Shown piece by piece: positions 58,525 through 64,000 of a stretch of 64,000 bases of DNA. Origin of the DNA: Pseudothermotoga sp. Its GTDB lineage: Bacteria; Thermotogota; Thermotogae; Thermotogales; DSM-5069. The notes under the pieces are model-generated. The model searched no databases, was not told the origin of the DNA, and saw only the letters and a list, made by a program, of their open reading frames with translations. Both the position numbers and the translations under genes were made by a program. The stretch is taken from NCBI GenBank assembly GCA_031962025.1, contig JAVRKW010000002.1; one strand, given 5' to 3'. Position 1 is the first letter of the stretch. Each line of letters begins with the position of its first letter.

Positions 58525-59652
58525 TCACAGAGAATAGACCATCCTGCCACAGACAAAGGTTGCAATGACGTTCAGGTTCTCGTCCAATGCAACAATATCC
58601 GCGTTTTTTCCCGGTGTTATTTTGCCAGAGTTCAGATTGCTCGATCTTGCGGCTGACTGGGTAGCCATCTGTATGGCATCTTTTACAGGCACATCCAGTT
58701 TGAAAACCACATTCCTGACTGCCTCATCCAGCGTTAAGGTGCTTCCTGCAAGGCTCTGATCTTGCACGGTCCTTGCGATTTTATCCTTAACGACGACCGA
58801 AAGCCCGCCGAGCGAATACTCTCCATCCTCAAGGCCGGTTGCCGCCATTGAGTCTGTGATCAGCACACATTTAGCCGGACCTTTCGCATTTATGACCAGT
58901 TTCGTCGTGGCAGGGTGAAGATGAATCATATCGCAGATGATTTCGCAAAAAACCCTCCTGTCTGTGAGCACTGCACCGATTACACCCGGATCTCTGTGCG
59001 AAAAACTTCTCATCGCGTTAAAAACATGGGTTGCTCTCGTGCAGCCATTTTCTATTGCAATCATAGCCTGGTCGTATGTCGCATTTGTGTGCGCTATTGT
59101 TGTGACTATCTTTTTCTTTTTCAGAAAGTTCAAAACCTCTCTGGAACCTTCCAGCTCAGGTGCAATGGCGAAAACCTTTACAATATCTGCAAAGTTTTCG
59201 ATGAAATGTGACAGTTCTTCAAGATCCGGTTTTTTCAAAAGATCTTCTCTGTGTGCGCCTTTTTTTTCGGGGTTTAAATATGGACCTTCGATGTAAAGCC
59301 CTGCTGCTTTTGCGCCGGATGGTCGTAGTTCGATGAATTTCTTCAATGTCCGTGCTACTTGTGATATCTTTTCAAATGTATCTGAAACGGTTGTGGCTAA
59401 AAAGGTTGTCACACCGTGTTTTGCATAAAAGAGTGATAATTTTTGAAAATCGTCGACTGATGCGTTCATGATATCTATTCCAACTGCACCGTGAGTGTGA
59501 CTATCGATGAAACCCGGAGCGATCAGAGGAAAATACAGATCACAGTGTACCTTTGACTTTTTGATTTCTTCGACAAAGCCATTTTCTATTGTTAAACACA
59601 TCTCTTGATAAACCTTCTGTGGTGTAAAAAGTTTTTTGAATCCTATTCTCAT
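58525..59652 (-). CDS. nagA: N-acetylglucosamine-6-phosphate deacetylase
   Basis: PGFIDSHTHG, EGPY, THVFNAM, ITDSM and LAGS motifs. Confidence 0.93.
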   Translation of the reverse strand: MRIGFKKLFTPQKVYQEMCLTIENGFVEEIKKSKVHCDLYFPLIAPGFIDSHTHGAVGIDIMNASVDDFQKLSLFYAKHGVTTFLATTVSDTFEKISQVARTLKKFIELRPSGAKAAGLYIEGPYLNPEKKGAHREDLLKKPDLEELSHFIENFADIVKVFAIAPELEGSREVLNFLKKKKIVTTIAHTNATYDQAMIAIENGCTRATHVFNAMRSFSHRDPGVIGAVLTDRRVFCEIICDMIHLHPATTKLVINAKGPAKCVLITDSMAATGLEDGEYSLGGLSVVVKDKIARTVQDQSLAGSTLTLDEAVRNVVFKLDVPVKDAIQMATQSAARSSNLNSGKITPGKNADIVALDENLNVIATFVCGRMVYSL

Positions 59653-62447
59653 TTGATCAACCCCTGTACATCGTTTATCAATCCGATAACGCTGGTAATA
59701 ATGGGTATTACATCGACGATATTCATCAATGGATTATCCGGCACAAAAATGACATCACCCGGCGAGACATTTGGATTGGATGTAGTCGGTCTTCCTTTCA
59801 GGGTGCCTGACAGATCACAGATCACCGGTTCACCTGTCGGTCCACCTTTGAACACGTACACCTTCGATGTTACAGCCCTTGGAGTGAATCCACCGCATTT
59901 CATTATCACATCAAGAACAGTTGAATACTGGTCTATCTTTACGACTCCAGGTCTTGAAACCTGCCCAAGGACATAGGCGATGTTCGCTTCAACAGGTGGT
60001 ACATACACTACATCCCCCGCCTTTACTATTATGTTGTTGAGCATAAGCGGATTTGACATGTCGATTGATTTACTTTCATTTCCCCTTTTAAGTACAATCT
60101 GGTTGTACGATCCCCAGCCGCTTATTCCGCCAGCCAGTGATACAACTTCAAGCAGTGTCAGTTCCCTGTCTCCGACGTAGTAACCGCCCGGCTTGTTCAC
60201 CATGCCAAGGACATAAACGTAGTTTCTGATGTCTTTTTCAAATATCAAAAACGCACCATCGACGAGTTCAAGATCTCTTTTGCCAAGCTGTACATCTTTC
60301 ATCAACACGTTTGTCGCTTCACCAGTTGGAAGAATTATTTGAACATACTGCGTCTCAGAAATTATGTTCACCTTTCCCAGAACGCTTGATAGCTTGAACG
60401 CTTCGTTCTGTGAAAGTTCTATCTTTTGGTTTACCACGGCATCACCGAAGGCAAAAACGTAATGCGGTGTCTTCTCGGTTACGTATATGAAATCTCCATC
60501 TTTGAGAGTTAACTGAAGATCGTCTGATTCGACTTCTTTTGCGCTGAACAAGTGTCTTTCACCGGATGAATACACGATAACCTGATCTGATACAAATGAT
60601 TGATCCGCGCCGGTTATCAATCCGCCGCATTTTGCTATCGCTTTTTTGAGCGTTGCATCTTCATTCACTTCGAACACGATTTGACCAGGTGCTCTTACCT
60701 TACCGAGTACAGTTACTCTGACTGGTTTTTTGAGAGTTATCTTGTAGATTTCACCTGAATTCAAAGGCATGTCACGATCAAACTGAACTGTCTGTTCCTG
60801 ATTGTTTTCGATTTTTGTGATAGCTTCTATGTACGAAGTTTGAAGATTTACCTTTGACAGTGCTCTTGCAAGGGTGAATTCTTCATCGAGATTGAAGGTT
60901 ACAAAACTTGAAAGGTCTCCAACAAAGTAGATGTACCTGCCCTGTTTTGGTTTGAAAACGACCGTACACTGATTTTCCAGGTCCGCGTCAACAACACAAT
61001 TTATCACATCTTTGATATCATATTGCGCTATTTTTTGCTGTATCAACTGGATCGATTCAAATTGCCTGTAGTCGATCTGACCGATTTTCTTGATAACCGT
61101 TGAGAGCTTTTTTGGCTCATCAGGTTCAAAACTCATCTTTCCGCTCACTGCAAGATTGCCAACGACATACACGTAAAAATCCTCGTACTCTACCCTGACA
61201 AGATCTCCCGTCATCAAATCAAAATCTCTGTCTTTGAGATCTTTAGATGCAATTTCAAAAATCTGTGAACCTCGGTATACCTTTATCGTTCCACCTTTTT
61301 CAACCTTATCAGAGACGTAGCCACCTGCTTTGGGCAGCAGGATGCTCATTTTCATTTCTTCTTCTGGCTGAAAATCGATTCTGCCGGGATTTCTCACCTG
61401 ACCTGTGACGTAGACAAATCTCTCTGGTTTTTTCAGCACATTTACGTAACTTCCAACTGATATGAAGATATCGTCGTTGGCTGTCAAAATCGCCGGTGTG
61501 TACTCTTTTTGAGAGCCATTTTGAGTAACTATGATTTTGTCGATGTATTTGACGTCATCTATCACTCCACCCGCTTTTGCTATCAGCCTTTTTAGGGTAA
61601 CAGGCTCGTCTTTTAAAAATTCGTAAACGCCTGGTTTTGCCACAAATCCGACTATGTATGCGTATCTTTGATCGATCTTTGGCACATATATCTGATCAGA
61701 TGGCTTGAGAACGACATCAGAAACCTTTCCGGTCAGAATTTCTTCCAGATTTATTTTTTGAACCGTTCCATTTCTTGTCAGATAAACATTTTGAGAATCC
61801 CCGACATCTGTCAAAATACCCCCACATAGGGAAATCGCTGCGGTCAAGGTGAGACCTTTTGTGTAAACAAGAGCCGATGGATTTCTAACAGCTCCAAGGA
61901 CCTTGATATATCCAAGAAGGCTTTTCTGCGGTATGTAGATTATGTCATTTTCGTATACGGGAAGATCCACGTCCATTTTGCCTTCGTAAAATGAAGAAAA
62001 ATCAATCAAAAAACTTTCCTTTCCGCGCGTTATTCTGATGTTCTCAAGATCTATTCTGTCGTTTTGTTCACCGATCATTGATATTATCTGGCTGAGCGTT
62101 GCTGGTTTTATACCTATATCTATTATTTTGTTCACAACACCATGTACATATACAAACCTCGGGGCATAAGACACCAGAGAGACACTCACTGCGGGATTTG
62201 GTATCAGTTTTCCTATTCGCTCTTTTGCGATCTTTTCAAGCTCATTGAGCGTCATGCCATCCACTTTTATTCTTCCCACTCCTGTGTAGGAAATGAATCC
62301 ATCGCTGTCGACAGTACAGTCTCTGCTCATTTCCTGATAACCAAAGACTTCGATTCTGATTGTGTCACCGACTCTGAGTGTGTAGTCGGCGAAAACAAAG
62401 GTTGCCAGAAAAAGTAAGACTGCCCACAGGGTGATTTTTTTTGTCAT
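59649..62447 (-). CDS. Wza/OPX-like polysaccharide export protein with about 10 SLBB (beta-grasp) repeats
   Basis: ATG 62447 with GAGGTG SD; signal peptide; YTLRVGDTIRIEVFG...VDSDGFIS Poly_export domain; repeated V-x-G-x-V-x-x-P-G units. Confidence 0.85.
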   Translation of the reverse strand: MTKKITLWAVLLFLATFVFADYTLRVGDTIRIEVFGYQEMSRDCTVDSDGFISYTGVGRIKVDGMTLNELEKIAKERIGKLIPNPAVSVSLVSYAPRFVYVHGVVNKIIDIGIKPATLSQIISMIGEQNDRIDLENIRITRGKESFLIDFSSFYEGKMDVDLPVYENDIIYIPQKSLLGYIKVLGAVRNPSALVYTKGLTLTAAISLCGGILTDVGDSQNVYLTRNGTVQKINLEEILTGKVSDVVLKPSDQIYVPKIDQRYAYIVGFVAKPGVYEFLKDEPVTLKRLIAKAGGVIDDVKYIDKIIVTQNGSQKEYTPAILTANDDIFISVGSYVNVLKKPERFVYVTGQVRNPGRIDFQPEEEMKMSILLPKAGGYVSDKVEKGGTIKVYRGSQIFEIASKDLKDRDFDLMTGDLVRVEYEDFYVYVVGNLAVSGKMSFEPDEPKKLSTVIKKIGQIDYRQFESIQLIQQKIAQYDIKDVINCVVDADLENQCTVVFKPKQGRYIYFVGDLSSFVTFNLDEEFTLARALSKVNLQTSYIEAITKIENNQEQTVQFDRDMPLNSGEIYKITLKKPVRVTVLGKVRAPGQIVFEVNEDATLKKAIAKCGGLITGADQSFVSDQVIVYSSGERHLFSAKEVESDDLQLTLKDGDFIYVTEKTPHYVFAFGDAVVNQKIELSQNEAFKLSSVLGKVNIISETQYVQIILPTGEATNVLMKDVQLGKRDLELVDGAFLIFEKDIRNYVYVLGMVNKPGGYYVGDRELTLLEVVSLAGGISGWGSYNQIVLKRGNESKSIDMSNPLMLNNIIVKAGDVVYVPPVEANIAYVLGQVSRPGVVKIDQYSTVLDVIMKCGGFTPRAVTSKVYVFKGGPTGEPVICDLSGTLKGRPTTSNPNVSPGDVIFVPDNPLMNIVDVIPIITSVIGLINDVQGLIK

Positions 62448-62550
62448 TTGATCACCTCGTTTTCTTTTTTCATGATTTTCTTCTCTTTTTATAATAACAC
62501 TCGGTTTGAAAATGTGGTAATATTTAAAAAAGCACTGTGGAGGTGATTTT

Positions 62551-64000
62551 GTGCCGTTCAAAGTGAAGATAAAGAACGATGGAGAATATGTTTTTCATCG
62601 GCCTGTACGTGTTTTTGAACTTTCAAAAGAGTTTTCTGGTACAATCATCGCCGCTCTTTTCAACGATCAATTGATCGATCTGAGATCGACAATCTGTGAA
62701 GATGGTGAAATCGAGTTCATCACAATCGACCATAAACTTGCCCCTGAGGTCTACAGACACACTCTTTCACATGTTATGGCGCAGGCGGTTATGAACATAT
62801 ACGGCAAGGATAATGTGAGACTTGGGATCGGACCGACCATTGAAAATGGGTTTTACTACGATTTTGAAATCCTCAACGGGAAGATAACAGAGGAAGATCT
62901 GCCAAAGATAGAAGAACAGATGAGAGAGATAGTGCAACAGGATTTGAAGATCGAGAGAATTGAAATGAGCAAAGACGAGGCAATTTCTCTTATGAAACAA
63001 AAGGGTCAGATATACAAAGTCGAACTCATACAGGACATTCAAGAAGATAGAGTTACTCTTTTTAAACAGGGAGAGTTCATAGATCTGTGCAGAGGCCCTC
63101 ACCTGCCATCCACAGGGTTAGTTAAACATTTCAAGCTTCTTTCAATCTCCGGTGCGTACTGGAGAGGCGATGAAAAAAGACCGATGCTTCAGAGAATATA
63201 CGGTACAGCCTTTGCAAGCAAAGAAGAACTCGAAAAATACCTGAATTTCCTTGAAGAGGCAAAGAAAAGGGATCACAGGAAACTCGGTCCTGCACTTGGT
63301 ATTTTCTTCATTGACTTTGATGTTGCACCCGGAATGCCAATCTTTACACCCAATGGAGCGACAATTCTGCGCGAATTGATGGAATTTTCAAGACAACTCC
63401 ATCGCGAATTCGGTTATGAAGAGGTCATGACTCCCCTTGTGATGAGTGAAAAGCTCTGGAGGATGTCCGGTCACTGGGACCACTACAAAGAGAATATGTA
63501 TTTCACAACCAAGGAAGAACAGCAGTTTGCGATCAAACCGATGAACTGTCCCGGACATATTCTGATCTACAAAAATAGAACGGTTTCCTACAAAGACTTA
63601 CCGCTGAGATTTTTTGAGTTTGGCAGGGTACACAGATATGAGAGAAGCGGTGTCTTGCACGGACTGTTCAGAGTGAGAAGTTTTACTCAGGACGATGCTC
63701 ACATATTCTGCCGAACAGATCAGATAGAACAGGAGATAGCCGGTGTCATAAACTTTGTTCACAGGATTTATTCGCCTTTTGGGTTTGGATATTCAGCGGA
63801 ACTCAGTACGATGCCCGAAAATCACATGGGAGATGTTCAGACATGGCAAAAAGCCACTGAAGCGCTCAAAAGTGCCATGGATTCAGTTGGACTTATGTAC
63901 ACCATCAAAGAAGGAGAAGGTGCTTTTTACGGTCCGAAGATAGACTTTCACATCAAAGATTCGATAGGTCGCACATGGCAGTGTGCAACTATCCAGCTTG
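62551..64000 (+). CDS. thrS: Threonyl-tRNA synthetase (3' end runs off the window)
   Basis: Not in the ORF track because there is no stop in the window. GTG 62551 with [53 protein letters not shown] and GAFYGPKID motifs. Confidence 0.97.
   Translation, partial: MPFKVKIKNDGEYVFHRPVRVFELSKEFSGTIIAALFNDQLIDLRSTICEDGEIEFITIDHKLAPEVYRHTLSHVMAQAVMNIYGKDNVRLGIGPTIENGFYYDFEILNGKITEEDLPKIEEQMREIVQQDLKIERIEMSKDEAISLMKQKGQIYKVELIQDIQEDRVTLFKQGEFIDLCRGPHLPSTGLVKHFKLLSISGAYWRGDEKRPMLQRIYGTAFASKEELEKYLNFLEEAKKRDHRKLGPALGIFFIDFDVAPGMPIFTPNGATILRELMEFSRQLHREFGYEEVMTPLVMSEKLWRMSGHWDHYKENMYFTTKEEQQFAIKPMNCPGHILIYKNRTVSYKDLPLRFFEFGRVHRYERSGVLHGLFRVRSFTQDDAHIFCRTDQIEQEIAGVINFVHRIYSPFGFGYSAELSTMPENHMGDVQTWQKATEALKSAMDSVGLMYTIKEGEGAFYGPKIDFHIKDSIGRTWQCATIQL

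Noticed and set aside
62448..62561. N-terminal extension of the Wza-like ORF, or a thrS leader/attenuator
   Set aside because: The true start is ATG 62447 (SD plus signal peptide). The 103-nt divergent gap has no Thr-rich leader, T-box or terminator.

Overview
Bacterial chromosomal window, most likely from the Thermotogota (inferred from gene content and gene order). It is densely coding. Housekeeping genes: engB, lon, tsaE, suhB, tRNA-Val(GAC), lysA, xseAB, dxs, fakA, PBP2, smc, nagA and thrS. Transport: TAXI-TRAP, an aromatic-amino-acid-type ABC, a YtrA-regulated ABC-2, Opp/Dpp, AtoE, an ArsB/NhaD permease and a membrane pyrophosphatase. Catabolism: atoE-thiolase-atoDA and tdh/kbl. Envelope and polysaccharide genes: LtaS-like, DegT, NDP-sugar dehydrogenase and a very long Wza-like protein. 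I found no intact IS element, prophage or CRISPR array. The two best observations are small ORFs below the ORF-track cutoff. (1) A 28-aa signal-peptide-like ORF (MKKLWKILILTGSFLALLISAVGNIEWW, 856-942, minus) lies directly upstream of a multi-TM HD-GYP-type phosphodiesterase, a candidate peptide/membrane-receptor cyclic-dinucleotide signalling pair. (2) A complete classical ribosome-dependent attenuator precedes the ABC transporter at 9194-11867. It has a promoter, a 36-aa leader with an F-A-Y-A-Y-W-W-F tract, a 1:2 hairpin, an antiterminator and a U-tailed terminator. Also noted: a tctA deletion scar, a K+-independent-type mPPase signature, a candidate sigma-54 promoter at kbl, and a weak CRISPR-repeat-like intergenic element. 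All calls come from reading and manual translation; no searches were run.
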